From positions 3,990,026 through 4,054,025 of the forward strand of contig CM000208.1 of the NCBI GenBank assembly GCA_000002445.1: DNA of 64,000 nucleotides. The letters are read 5' to 3'. The notes under the pieces were generated by a model. That model saw nothing but the letters and a program-made list of their open reading frames with translations. It searched no databases and was not told the origin of the DNA. Positions 48,701-61,040 of this stretch are shown one piece after another. This DNA is from Trypanosoma brucei. Its lineage: Eukaryota. Both the position numbers and the translations under genes were made by a program. The first letter of the stretch is position 1; the number at the start of each line of letters is the position of its first letter.

Positions 48701-51100
48701 CACACGGCAAGCGTATTGCAACCGATGAAGATATCGTACTTCAATACCATAACATCAGGTGGTCTCCATTATGACTCTTCAGACAGCGAAAAGAAAAGAC
48801 ACACAATGCAAATGGTATGTAGATTCAGAGACTACGATTATCAAGTGTAGACGGATGGGTCGGTAATACTGTACGAATCCTCTGGCACCACCGTAATAAT
48901 ATACCCTAGACAAGGTAATGCAGTAAGGGTGAAGAAGGGAACAAGCAGGTTATCGTGCAGCTACAGAGCCGAGTGTGCAGCTATGGATGCAGGAATTATA
49001 AAACTTAAGACAACAATAAAGATCAATGAGAGCAGAAAAATGAAAGTGTAAATATTCACAGAATCGTTGCCCTTATTAATGGAGCTCAAAACAGGTCCTG
49101 CAGCAGTGACTGATTTTATTCTACGACGCATATGGGATCTGATCATACACTTCATGAAACTGAGAGTAGCCATGTCGTTTCAGCTTGTGTTTTGGCATTG
49201 CGGTATGCAGAGAAATGACAAAGTAGACACGCTCACAAACAAAGGAAACCACGTGCCGCAACCCTACCCTGCACGGATTACCCACATTGTCACGGGTATA
49301 ACACGCCAATTACTTAATCAGGAACAATGCGAATTTGCGGAAGGCTGAGGCCCAAACACACACCACAGTGCGTTACTAAGCTATATAAAAACGACCCAAA
49401 AATAAAGCAGCTAGGAAGGGAAGATGAGTCACCTTTAGCTCAATTTAAACGAGGGACTTAAAAACATTTTTGGTAGTTACATAGGGTGATCACATGAAAG
49501 ATTAAAGAAGTGGAGTGTAGATGGTATAAAAATCACCATGGGAAATTTTTTTAATAATTCCCCTGCCCCACTCAAAACACTGTAAAGATAGAAGAAACTG
49601 AGGAAGGCAAGATGGTATTAGCTACAAGACAGAATAACTAGATCATATGCACAGTGTGCAATATCGTGTGTGCGAGAAGACAAGCAGGGGCTGTTCACAT
49701 GATGAAAATACATCAGTGTGTTCGTGAAAATGCACTAGCTGTATTAACGATTGCTCCAAGAGCAGAACAGGTATATGATGGTGTCTATCGATGTCACGTA
49801 TGCGGTAAAGTATTCGACAGAAAGTAGCTACTGCAAGAACAAATCCCACAACACCCTCCAACAGATCAATTAGTATGTACAGAGCAGCAAAAGAGGAAAC
49901 GGGAAGAAGAAAAACAGTCGTTACCAACTGTTCACAAGTTTCAGTGGTGCCCAAAGCAGTATGGCAGGCATGGCTGGTTTTCTAGACATATACATCTGAC
50001 ACGTCCTGAAAAGCAAACCGATTTGACAAAACAAACGGAAATACAGGATGTGAGCAGGGAAGATGAACAAGCGCAAGCACTACAAGCATATGAACGTCTC
50101 AACTGCAAACAGGTGTATAGAAACAAAACCTGGTTCACCAGACATAAGTGCATACCGGAGCTGAGTGAACGGGAACCAAGCGCACCACTACAATAAATAC
50201 TGTTGGAGAGAGAAACATGTAAGATATGCAGTAAAGAATACCACCACAGCTGGATGTTGAGCCATATGACTGCAAAACATCCCGGGAACGACATTTCACT
50301 CAGACCACAGCCGATAAAGATAAGAAAAGTGAAGAAGGAGATATCAAAGTTTCAAACAAAGAAGAACACCGGTGGTGAAAACAAAAATAATGATGACAAT
50401 AATACACCACGTTATGTTTGTGACAAATGTAATAGGGTTTTCAAAAGCAGGCATGGCTAACACACCACAAGTGCGTGATCATCGAGAACGCGGACCTAAA
50501 AATGGGAGAAAGTGAACAATCCCCATGGATAAGCTACACATCTAGAAACCACTACCAAAAATGGATTGAATCCCGGCACCATGGATAGAGCGCTTCTCAA
50601 CTCAGACTTGTTACACACAACAAAACTTGAGCTCCACGACAAGAAAGAGAGAAAGAGGAACCGAGCATGACACGTCAGCAGATGAAATGAATATATGCGA
50701 TCAGAAAGAGGAGCCGAAAAACAAACGGCATAAGGATCAATGGCACACAGATAACCCCGTAGAGAGTTTGCATGTGGAAGGCGTAAGAACACCTACATGT
50801 CATGGTGTACACCAGTTTGGCATACCAACACACACCACAAAAGTGCAATCACTTTAAAGAGGGAGTGTGAAAAAGGACCCCTTTAAATCACACCGCTAGC
50901 CCCTCTCAGCCACCAATGCCCACTCTGCTCGAAGGTATGTTCACACAAGCAATATCTAACAATGCATGTCCAAGCAGAAAATGCGGAGACACGTAGCTTT
51001 TATAGGCGAAATGAGCTAAAAGAGATATGTAAAGAAACATCGATTCACCTGTTACAGTGTCCGGCTTTGAGTAAACTCAGGTATTAGCATGTAGTAGACA
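45786..51100 (+). mobile_element. Degenerate ingi-type (ingi/RIME/DIRE family) non-LTR retrotransposon; 3' boundary uncertain
   Basis: AP-endonuclease-like ORFs 45954-46292 (...FCLLREIHL...GGKVLILVRE) and 46582-46824. Reverse transcriptase motifs in 47656-48063 (AFDSVEHRYIIESL; GVPQGSVLGPLLF; FFAEDLTIV, the YxDD-box position). RNase H-like motif HCGMQRNDKVDTLTNKG in 49067-49348. C2H2 zinc finger (CKICSKEYHHSWMLSHMTAKH; YVCDKCNRVFKSRHG) in 50203-50460. All are + strand in different frames with many stops, so the element is degenerate. Confidence 0.75.
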
Positions 51101-51479
51101 GTCTGATAGGGGAAGATATATACTTCAGTGTTAAGCTGGTAAACTTCTTAAATGCACTCTTCTTTTCGCCAGAAAATTGGACTCCCACAATAGACACTAA
51201 AAAAATTGATAAACAGACCGCAAATAAAAAGAGAAATGTCGCCATCATGCTAAATATCCACTGACCACATACGATACATTCGGATGAGCACCAGTGGGAT
51301 TTATTTAAAATGATGGAAGGCAATATCCAAATGGGGGATTCCCAAAAAATAAAACTTTATCCAAGCCCTGCAGAAGGGAGTGAATGACAAATTGTGAAGA
51401 TTATAAACATATCATCGAAAAAAGTAGCTGAAATGGAAGCGTATATTGATATATTGAGGTGTGTGCAGGTTAATGAACA

Positions 51480-51660
51480 ATGAAAAATTTAAGAAATTTT
51501 TAATAATTTCCACTTTTTTGTCGGTTTGGTAGCACTTTATAAATCTAAAGATTTTTGCTCTACTCTATGAAATTTACTGAACTTGTTAAAGCGTTATACA
51601 TTTTCACGCTTTTTGATGAAATATGCAAATTTTGAACAACTCAAAAAAATATTTTGTAAT
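51480..51660 (+). other. VSG 3'-end fragment (hydrophobic tail remnant plus VSG-type 3' UTR) just downstream of the retroelement
   Basis: aagaaatttttaataatttccacttttttgtcggtttggtagcactttataaatctaaagatttttgctctactctatgaaatttactgaacttgttaaagcg resembles other VSG 3' ends, for example 32000-32100. Confidence 0.45.
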
Positions 51661-51734
51661 GTACCCTACTAATGAAATGTAGTATGGTAATATGGTATGG
51701 AATGTGAGGGTTATTATGAAATTAATTTATAATT

Positions 51735-51850
51735 TAGTTTGTTTAGAATTATTATATGTATAATAGTTAGTGTTATAAGAATAATAGTAACGAAAACAGT
51801 GATAGAAGAGTGTTGTCAACATGTATATGCTAATATTATGACATAGATAG
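51735..51850 (+). repeat. 70-bp repeat (divergent)
   Basis: gttagtgttataagaataatagtaacgaaaacagtgatagaagagtgttgtcaacatgtatatgctaatattatgac. Confidence 0.7.
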
Positions 51851-53122
51851 CGACGAAGATAAAACAGAAGGGAAAATACAAGCACTTAAAACAATGGCAG
51901 GGTGCAATAGGAGGAAGTTAGTCAGTTGTAGATAGCGTGAGGAATAGTAACATCTCTAAAGGAGTGAAAGAAAGAAATGAAGATAGTATATGCACGGTTT
52001 TAAATACAACCATGCAGGTAGATATCGTAACACGCAAGAAAGGAATGAAGGCAACAATAAGAAAAAAGAGTCCAGTGTGCAGTGCACATACAAAATCGAA
52101 TCTGTACATTATATTCGTAAAGACTGTCAAGGCGAAAAAATGTAAATAAAATGTACAATGAAACAGCTGTACGCGATGCAGCGTAGAACAGAAAAAATTA
52201 TATATCAGGAAGAGAAGACGCCAATAAATTGCTGAATATTAATGAAAAAATAAATGAAACAACTGCTATAGTAGCAACTGTGCATTTTTACCTTATAGTG
52301 GATCCCAAATTTAAGAATTTAACTCACGTGGTGGTTCTCTTTTATAAAATGAATGCGAGGCTTTTGGTTGGAAAAATGAGGAGTTGTAGGGGAACTGTTA
52401 AAGATGAGGAATGAATATGGTTTGGTACATTATACCTGCAGGTAGCTCGAAGTCAGGGTTTTTAAAAGCCCTTACTTGTCAAAAGTTGGTTCTACAGAAA
52501 AAACAATCAAATATTATAAAAAGTGCAACAGTAACCCCAGAAATAGCAAGTAAGGCATATACGCCAAGTATCAAAAAACACAAGCAATCCATGAAATTCA
52601 ACTAACTGCAAGATTAGCATAAGCAGTATTACAGGAGATACAATAAAAACCGAAAATAGAAATGACACTAAATTCCAAGATAGTGCAGTTTAGTAAGTGA
52701 CGGATGACAGAAGCAGCTAAATTAGTGGCTAAACTCGTACGAAGACAAACAGCAACTGGAAAAGATATTCCTGTGGTGTGATGGCCTGCATGTGTGGGAA
52801 ATCAAATAAGTTTAACATAGAATAAATAGAGGAGATAAGTTCAATAGAAGAGAAAGTTTCTTCCTTAATTAGACGAATAAATTTTAAATATAACAACAAA
52901 ATTTAAAAAGTCGGAAGAAATTGAAATCAGAACAAAAGAGTTTTACCCCTGAAAAAAACACCGACACCTCTAAAAAGCCAAACAGAAGCAGAATTACTCG
53001 TCAATGCTATTAATGTGAATAGAAAAGAATTAAGAGACACTTTTCCTGTTTTTAAAAACAAAAAGAAGGACGTAGAGAGAGTTCAGCACTCGGTGGAAGC
53101 TGGATTATTACACTCAGACAAA

Positions 53123-54360
53123 ATGCCAGCAAAAAAGTTTGCGGTAATTCTCGTCTGCTGCTACCTCACAGACCAAACGGCGTCTGAAACGACGGAGGAC
53201 ATTGCAAACGCCACCGCGACGACACCTTGTACACTGAGTGCATACTACAGAGCTATAGAAACCAAACTAACTAACTGCATAAACGATGCGGCAGCCGCTC
53301 CTCAAAAATTAAACACGAAGCGGGCGCCGAAGCCCTAATGAAAATTCTAACACAAAGCGGCGGGGGAAACAACGTGGGCTGCAAAGTAACGACGACGTCG
53401 ACGTTAACCACTGAGACCTAATTAGAAAGGGGAAGAAATGGAAGTAATAAAGGCCCAAAAGATAGGAGAAAGTCTCAAAACAATCACAAAACTGACGATC
53501 TACAAAAAGGAAAGCCTCAAGATGCCGGACCTAAGCGCGATAATCGAGGCCCAGGCACCATAGCAGGCGACACCAACTAGAAAGCAGGGAACGGCGACAT
53601 GCAATTCCAAAAATCCATGGCAGTGGAAGCAGTGGCCCAAGCCCAGAACACGGTAGCAGTCTAGCAGATAAAACTAACAGCAAAGGTGGAGGCAACAATC
53701 GAAACATTAGCTGATATCATCCAGGCAGAGCCACAAGAACAAAACAGGGGTCACAGCGAAAAACTGCCGCCACAGACGCCGCCAAAAACCCACCGGTAGT
53801 ACTGATGGACGAACAGCTAGAAACGATAGCAGTGGATTCAGAAGCAACAGCTACGCACACCTTCATGCAGAAGCCTACGGGTGCTGGCCTCAAAAAGTCC
53901 CCCTAAGCAAAAGAAGTCTCAATTTTGATTTTTGGCACTGCAACTGGCGCAGTGGACAACGTTTTTCTGTAACCCGTCAGAACGGACGCAGTTTCAGTCC
54001 CTACAGCTGGAAACGACATCAAAACGAACATAAAAGCAATTGCAGTCCAAGAAGGTTTCTAACAAGCGATGGCTTATTACTAAGCACTTAACAGGAAAAA
54101 ACAGCAGCTAATGGAGCAGGAACAAAGCCTGAAGGAGACGAAAAAACAGATACAACAGAAGAAATAGTAAAAATAAAGAGGGGGGATAATAAATCCGCAA
54201 CTGCAAATTGCACCAGCTATTCAACACAAGATGCCTGTACAAAAGGGAAGAATTACAAATGGGAAAATAACGCATTCAAGGATTCCAGTTTGCTGATCAA
54301 TAAGAAATTGGCTCTGATGGTTTCTGCTGCATTTGTGAGTTTTCTGCTTTTAATTTTTCA
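53123..54360 (+). pseudogene. VSG: VSG pseudogene: third, heavily decayed member of the 23173/27039 family, with a different C-terminal domain and GPI tail
   Basis: Upstream 52740-53100 matches 22790-23170 and 26660-27010 (ctggaaaagatattcctgtggtgtgatggcctgca...gacgaataaat). The N-terminus MPAKKFAVILVCCYLTDQTASETTEDIANATATTPCTLSAYYRAIETKL matches copy 2. After that there are many in-frame stops, frameshifts and an internal deletion. It ends CTKGKNYKWENNAFKDSSLLINKKLALMVSAAFVSFLLLIF. Confidence 0.85.
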
Positions 54361-54544
54361 CACTCTAGTTCTTTCTATTTGGTATATTTTAAAACGTTTG
54401 TAAAATCTTTCCAAAATGTAAAGATTTTGATAATATGAAGTTTTGGCTTTAAATTTACCCGAGAGTTTTATGTATTAATTTGATAAGTGTGAAAAATGTG
54501 TGCTCATCTCAATTTGTTTAATTTATTAGATATTAGGAGTAATT

Positions 54545-54615
54545 TAGGGTTACAACAATAATAATAATGATGATAATTGGAGAATGTTTTGAGTGTGTTT
54601 ATACTAATATTATAA
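54545..54615 (+). repeat. 70-bp repeat (1 copy). This is the 5' boundary of the duplicated telomeric-type cassette.
   Basis: aataataataatgatgataattggagaatgttttgagtgtgtttatactaatattataacaataattg. The same junction recurs at 60980-61045. Confidence 0.85.
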
Positions 54616-55707
54616 CAATAATTGTGGTGAAAACCGAATGCGCGGAAAAATAGAGGAAGTTAAAATAAAGTTTAGAATATATAAAAATAATTGAACCTGT
54701 TGGAGAAAGAGCACAAAAATTACTATTTTAAAGAAAATTTTGATAAGAAGGGCAATTATGTGCGGTTTAAGTGCAGAAATGACAAAAGGTATTATAACAA
54801 ACAAGAAGAAGGTTGAAATATGAAAGACACAGTAAAAAGCTGTGGTGTGAAGTTTTCACGGTTTACTAAAAAATATAAGTAACAGAATCTGTAGAATAAA
54901 GTGGAAGAAAAACAAGAAACCTTAAAATAATAAGAAAATACTTTGATGGGTAATAAGTGGAAAAATTTTATATAAAGTAGGAAAAAGTTTCAATGATACA
55001 TTGCTAATTTTATACTTATATAAGGGTAATAAGGTAACACTATTTAGCGAGCAGGTGCTCCATATTAGTATTTGGTCTTGTCTTCAATTTATGAAGAGAT
55101 TTAACAAGTTACAACATTTAAGATAGGGTAAGACATTCCAAAAATTAACGATTCATAAATGGAAACAACCTGAAAGAAACAAAGTTTTGAACGAGCGATA
55201 AACAAACTAGTTTCTTTTCAAAAACCTAAGATGTTTTATTCTCACAAAAATAACATGTAACAAATCAAAATTAGCAGCGTACGAAAGTAGTTAAAATAAG
55301 TAAGGTTTGAAATTCTAAAAATAAAAAAATATGTGATACTTTAAAGATTGACAGGAGTGGATTGAGTCAGCGATAAATTCAATATATATGTATAAAAAAC
55401 ATAGAATTAATGGCATACTGTGGTTGACAAACAAAAGTGAGGCTAAATTTTTTTCATGATAACCATGAGGTTCTATAGTGAAACCCTCATTTTGACAGTT
55501 TGAACATAAAACACATACAACCATTTAGACAAATAATTCACACATCACAAAAAAAGGGTATAGTAACTTTGGGCTTTTTGAATATTATTTCAACAAAAAT
55601 ATGCGAATTATTTAACTTTACAGAACCCAGACCATCTTTAAAAGCCCAAACCCTAGTCTCAACTTTGCAGCAAACACAACGCTAAAGATCAGAGGTCTAA
55701 CTTTAAA
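54616..55707 (+). other. Upstream block (co-transposed-region-like) of VSG cassette copy A; duplicated at 61041-62139
   Basis: Minus-strand ORF 54610-54804 is identical to 61041-61235. ORF 55500-55685 is about 90% identical to 61932-62132 (MNIKHIQPFRQIIHTSQKKGIVTLGFLNIISTKICELFNFTEPRPSLKAQ…). Confidence 0.8.
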
Positions 55708-57159
55708 ATGCGTTTAGAGGTGCGACAAGCAGTTAGCAAAAGCCTGCCCGTGCACGCAATCGACTTTCTGATCGTGTTCGTGACTCTAACAATGCGTACG
55801 GATGCAGCGTTTAAAGAAGATGCGGCGGCCGACATGCACCTTCTTTGCGAGGCAATGGCGTTGGAAAACGTAGAACCAGCAGCGCCGACACTAGCTGACA
55901 ACTTCGACAATGATATTAGCGAATTGCGCATAATGAATATGTTTACAGCCGACGATAGCTGGCGAAGCAATTTCAAAGGCGACCCCAAAACGGACACATG
56001 GGAAGCCCGTAGCAAGGGCTGGTGCAACAGAGCCATTTGTATCTCATTGGCAAGGCGAATTCACCAAGTGGCAGCAGGACTACCAAACGGCGGAGGTTGC
56101 AAACAATCCGAAAACCTGACTAGCAAACAACCCACCACCGCAGGGACCGTACGCCAAAAGACTGGAGCACAGACAGATCAACGACACACTAGTGGAAGTA
56201 GCAGCCAAGATTGAGAGCTACAGGAAAAGTAAACAAAAGATAGTGCCGGACGGCGTCAAGAAAGTGAAGGAGCTTATTTCAGAGGCACTGTACGGCATTG
56301 GTCAAACAGATTACACGGAAAAGACAGGCAGCACGTACACTTCCTCTACCATTTACACGGCCGCGTGCGGCGTGAACGGCGGCAAGAGCATCGTAGGAGA
56401 TCTGCTATGTATATGTTGCCAAGCCGCATCCGGCACAACCAATGCATGCAACAACAGCGGCGTAAGCTGCAACTGGACCGGCGCAATGACAACTCACGTC
56501 ACCACCCTCAAAGCCAAATGTCCATCAAAGAAGCCGACTAAACCAACCTTAGCGACGTTAATGCAATTGTCGTACAGCTCAAGAGCGGCATCCGTAAGGG
56601 CAAAAAGTGGAACGCAATCAAATTCTACCTCAGCGGCGACCTCGCCACCTGTGACGGCGCAACAGACAAAACTTGCGTTGACTACAGCGCGCACTACGCT
56701 GCTGGCAGCAGCAAGAGTGGAGTCGACAGCATACCATGGATAGCCAAACTCAACGACGCCATCACCGCCATGGAAGAGATGGAGAAAGATGCCCAGAAAG
56801 CCAGAGAAGAAGCAAAGGAAGTACGGATGCTAATAGCCGCTGCGAAAAGAGCGTACAGGATTGCCATCGAGCCTTAAATGAAACAAAGCAACGAACCAGC
56901 CAAAAGCAGTGAAGCAGAAACAAAAATGCAGCAGCCAACCGAAACAGAAGATAGATGCAACAAAAAGGGGCAAAATGAATGCAACTCCCCATGCAAGTTG
57001 GTTGAAGAAGGTGGCACAAAGAAGTGCAAATTGGATAAGGAGGAAGTAAAAAAGATAACAGATGAGGCTGCAAAGGATGCAAAAACAAACACCACAGCCA
57101 GCAATTCTTTCGTCATTCACAAGGCCCCTCTTTTGCTTGCAGTTTTGATTATAGCATAA
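55708..57159 (+). pseudogene. VSG: VSG pseudogene (type B), a paralogue of the terminal VSG, with at least two frameshifts
   Basis: MRLEVRQAVSKSL...AFKEDAAADMHLLCEAMALENVEPAAPTLADNFDNDISELRIMNMFTADDSWRSNFKGDPKTDTWEARSKG matches the terminal VSG, then falls into the frame that the terminal gene uses only as an alternative ORF (GWCNRAICISL…). The middle ORF 56192-56743 and the C-terminal-domain ORF 56878-57159 (…CNSPCK…KCKLDKEEVKKITDEAAKDAKTNTTASNSFVIHKAPLLLAVLIIA) continue the alignment. Confidence 0.85.
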
Positions 57160-57394
57160 GGCTTTTAATAACTACTGGCAAAAGCTTTTCTCAAAATTAA
57201 AAATTTATTTTTTTTATTTTGAGAGGGATTGTTTAAATCGTTTAAATTTGACATATTTTTAACACTTTGGGATAGAAATGTAAAAATTCGAAACATTATG
57301 CTCGATTTTGACATCTTTGTGTAAAGTAAAACTGTGACAGAGTACAGAAAATGAATGGCATTATGAAATTTCATAGTTAGATTTATTTTGTTTA

Positions 57395-60335
57395 TTTGTG
57401 AATAGTAACAGTAATAGTAATAATAATAGGAGAGTATTGTGAGTGTGTGTATATACGAATATTATAGTAAGAGCAGTAATAATAATAATAATGATAATAG
57501 TAATAATAATAATAATAATAGGAGAGTATTGTGAGTGTGTATATATACGAATATTATAATAAGAGCAGTAATAATAATGATGATAATAATAATAATAGGA
57601 GAGTGTTGTGAGTGTGTGCATATACGAATATTATAATATGAGCAGTAATAATAATAATAATGATAATAGTAATGATAATAGGAGAGAGTGTTGTGAGTGT
57701 GTGTATATACAAATACTATAATAAGAGCAGTAATAATAATACTGATAATAATAATAGGAGAGTGTTGTGAGTGTGTTTATACTAATATTATAATAAGAGC
57801 AGTAATAATAATGATGATAATAATAATAATAGGAGAGTGTTGTGAGTGTGTGCATATACGAATATTATAATATGAGCAGTAATAATAATAATAATGATAA
57901 TAGTAATGATAATAGGAGAGAGTGTTGTGAGTGTGTGTATATACGAATATTATAATAAGAGCAGTAATAATAATAATAATGATGATATAATAATGATAGG
58001 AGAGAGTGTTGTGAGTGTGCGTATATACGAATATTATAATAAGAGCAGTAATAATAATAATAATGATAATAATGATAATAATAATAATAATAGGAGAGTA
58101 TTGTGAGTGTGTATATATACGAATATTATAATAAGAGCAGTAATAATAATGATGATAATAATAATAATAGGAGAGTATTGTGAGTGTGTATATACAAATA
58201 CTATAATAAGAGCAGTAATAATAATAATAATGATAATAATAATAATAATAATAATAATAGGAGAGTATTGTGAGTGTGTATATATCCGAATATTATAATA
58301 AGAGCAGTAATAATAATGATGATAATAATAATAATAGGAGAGTATTGTGAGTGTGTATATACAAATATTATAATAAGAGCAGTAAAATAATAATACTAAT
58401 GATAATAGTAATAATAATAATAATAGAAGAGTGTTGTGAGTGTGTGTATATACGAATATTATAATTAGAGCTGTATTAATAATAATGAAAATAGAAGAGT
58501 GTTGTGAGTGTGTGTATATACGAATATTGTAATAAAAGCAGTAATAACAGTAATGATAATAATAATAATGATAGGAGAGTGTGTTGTGAGTGTGTGTATA
58601 TACGAATATTATAATGAGAGCAAAAATAATAATACTAATAATGATAATAATAATGATAGGAGAGTGTGTTGTGAGTGTGTGTATATACGAATATTATAAT
58701 AAGATCAGTAATAATGATAGTAATAATGATAATAATAATGATAATAATAATAGGAGAGTGTTGTGGCTGTGTATATACGAATATTATAATGAGAGCAAAA
58801 ATAATAATACTAATAATGATAATAATAATGATAGGAGAGTGTGTTGTGAGTGTGTGTATATACGAATATTATAATAAGAGCAGTAATAATAATAATAATA
58901 ATGATAGGAGAGTGTTGTGAGTGTGTGTATATACGAATATTATAATAAGAGCAGTAATAATAATGATGATAATAATAATAATAGGAGAGTATTGTGAGTG
59001 TGTATATACAAATACTATAATAAGAGCAGTAATAATAATAATAATGATAATAATGATAATAATAGGAGAGTATTGTGAGTGTGTATATACAAATACTATA
59101 ATAAGAGCAGTAATAATAATAATAATGATAATAATAATAATAATAATAATAATAGGAGAGTATTGTGAGTGTGTATATATACGAATATTATAATAAGAGC
59201 AGTAATAATAATGATGATAATAATAATAATAGGAGAGTATTGTGAGTGTGTATATCCAAATATTATAATAAGAGCAGTAAAATAATAATACTAATGATAA
59301 TAGTAATAATAATAATAATAGAAGAGTGTTGTGAGTGTGTGTATATACGAATATTATAATTAGAGCTGTATTAATAATAATGAAAATAGAAGAGTGTTGT
59401 GAGTGTGTGTATATACGAATATTGTAATAAAAGCAGTAATAACAGTAATGATAATAATAATAATGATAGGAGAGTGTGTTGTGAGTGTGTGTATATACGA
59501 ATATTATAATGAGAGCAAAAATAATAATACTAATAATGATAATAATAATGATAGGAGAGTGTGTTGTGAGTGTGTGTATATACGAATATTATAATAAGAT
59601 CAGTAATAATGATAGTAATAATGATAATAATAATGATAATAATAATAGGAGAGTGTTGTGAGTGTGTGTATATACGAATATTATAATAAGAGCAGTAATA
59701 ATAATGATGATAATAATAATAATAGGAGAGTATTGTGAGTGTGTATATACAAATATTATAATAAGAGCTGTATTAATAATAATGAAAATAGAAGAGTGTT
59801 GTGAGTGTGTGTATATACGAATATTATAATTAGAGCAGTAATAATAATGATGATAATAATAATAATAGGAGAGTATTGTGAGTGTGTATATACAAATACT
59901 ATAATAAGAGCAGTAATAATAATAATAATGATAATAATAATAATAATAATAATAATAGGAGAGTATTGTGAGTGTGTGTATATACGAATATTATAATAAG
60001 AGCAGTAATAATAATAATAATGATAATAGTAATAATAATAATAATAATAGGAGAGTATTGTGAGTGTGTATATATACGAATATTATAATAAGAGCAGTAA
60101 TAATAATGATGATAATAATAATAATAGGAGAGTATTGTGAGTGTGTATATACAAATACTATAATAAGAGCAGTAATAATAATAATAATGATAATAATGAT
60201 AATAATAGGAGAGTATTGTGAGTGTGTATATACAAATACTATAATAAGAGCAGTAATAATAATAATAATGATAATAATGATAATGATAGGAGAGTGTTGT
60301 GAGTGTGTATATACGAATATTATAATAAGAACAGT

Positions 60336-60370
<35 letters not shown>

Positions 60371-60424
60371 TAATAGGAGAGTGTTGGGAGTGTGTGTATA
60401 TACAAATATTATAATAAGAGCAGT

Positions 60425-60465
<41 letters not shown>

Positions 60466-61040
60466 TAGGAGAGTGTTGGGAGTGTGTGTATATACAAATA
60501 CTATAATAAGAGCAGTAATAATAATGATGATAATAATAATAGAAGAGTGTTGTGAGTGTGTTTATACTAATATTATAATAAGAGCAGTAATAATAATGAT
60601 GATAATAATAATAATAGGAGAGTGTTGTGAGTGTGTGCATATACGAATATTATAATATGAGCAGTAATAATAATAATAATGATAATAGTAATGATAATAG
60701 GAGAGAGTGTTGTGAGTGTGTGTATATACAAATACTATAATAAGAGCAGTAATAATAATACTGATAATAATAATAGGAGAGTGTTGTGAGTGTGTTTATA
60801 CTAATATTATAATAAGAGCAGTAATAATAATGATGATAATAATAATAATAGGAGAGTGTTGTGAGTGTGTGCATATACGAATATTATAATATGAGCAGTA
60901 ATAATAATAATAATGATAATAGTAATGATAATAGGAGAGAGTGTTGTGAGTGTGTGTATATACGAATATTATAATAAGAGCAGTAATAATAATACTGATA
61001 ATAATAATAGGAGAGTGTTGTGAGTGTGTTTATACTAATA
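57395..61040 (+). repeat. 3.6-kb array of 70-bp repeats (about 50 units) with higher-order duplicated blocks
   Basis: Continuous reiteration of (TAA/TGA)n + AGGAGAGTGTTGTGAGTGTGTATATACGAATATTATAATAAGAGCAGTAATAATAAT. Exact block repeats show in the ORF track: 57631-57855 = 60650-60874; 58107-58298 = 59805-59996; 58508-58699 = 59403-59594. Confidence 0.95.

Noticed and set aside
53123-54360. An apparent mutational bias (C to T creating TAA/TAG stops) in the decayed third copy of the VSG family
   Set aside because: Codon-level comparison with copy 2 shows that small indels have shifted the frame, for example at ggaaccatcgac versus ggcaccatagcag. Most stops are therefore frameshift consequences and no substitution bias can be claimed.
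57361-60874. Numerous Ile/Tyr/Met-rich ORFs on both strands across 57.4-61.0 kb and 24.9-25.3 kb (for example MHTLTTLSYYYYYHHYYYCSYYNI…, MCIYTNIIIRAVIIMMIII…)
   Set aside because: They result from translating 70-bp repeats (TAA/TGA runs plus GTGTGTATATAC). Their identical recurrence simply reflects the repeat structure.
57395-61040. Interpretation of the regular direct repeats as a CRISPR array
   Set aside because: This is a eukaryotic kinetoplastid subtelomere. The units are canonical VSG 70-bp repeats with no unique spacers, and there are no cas genes.
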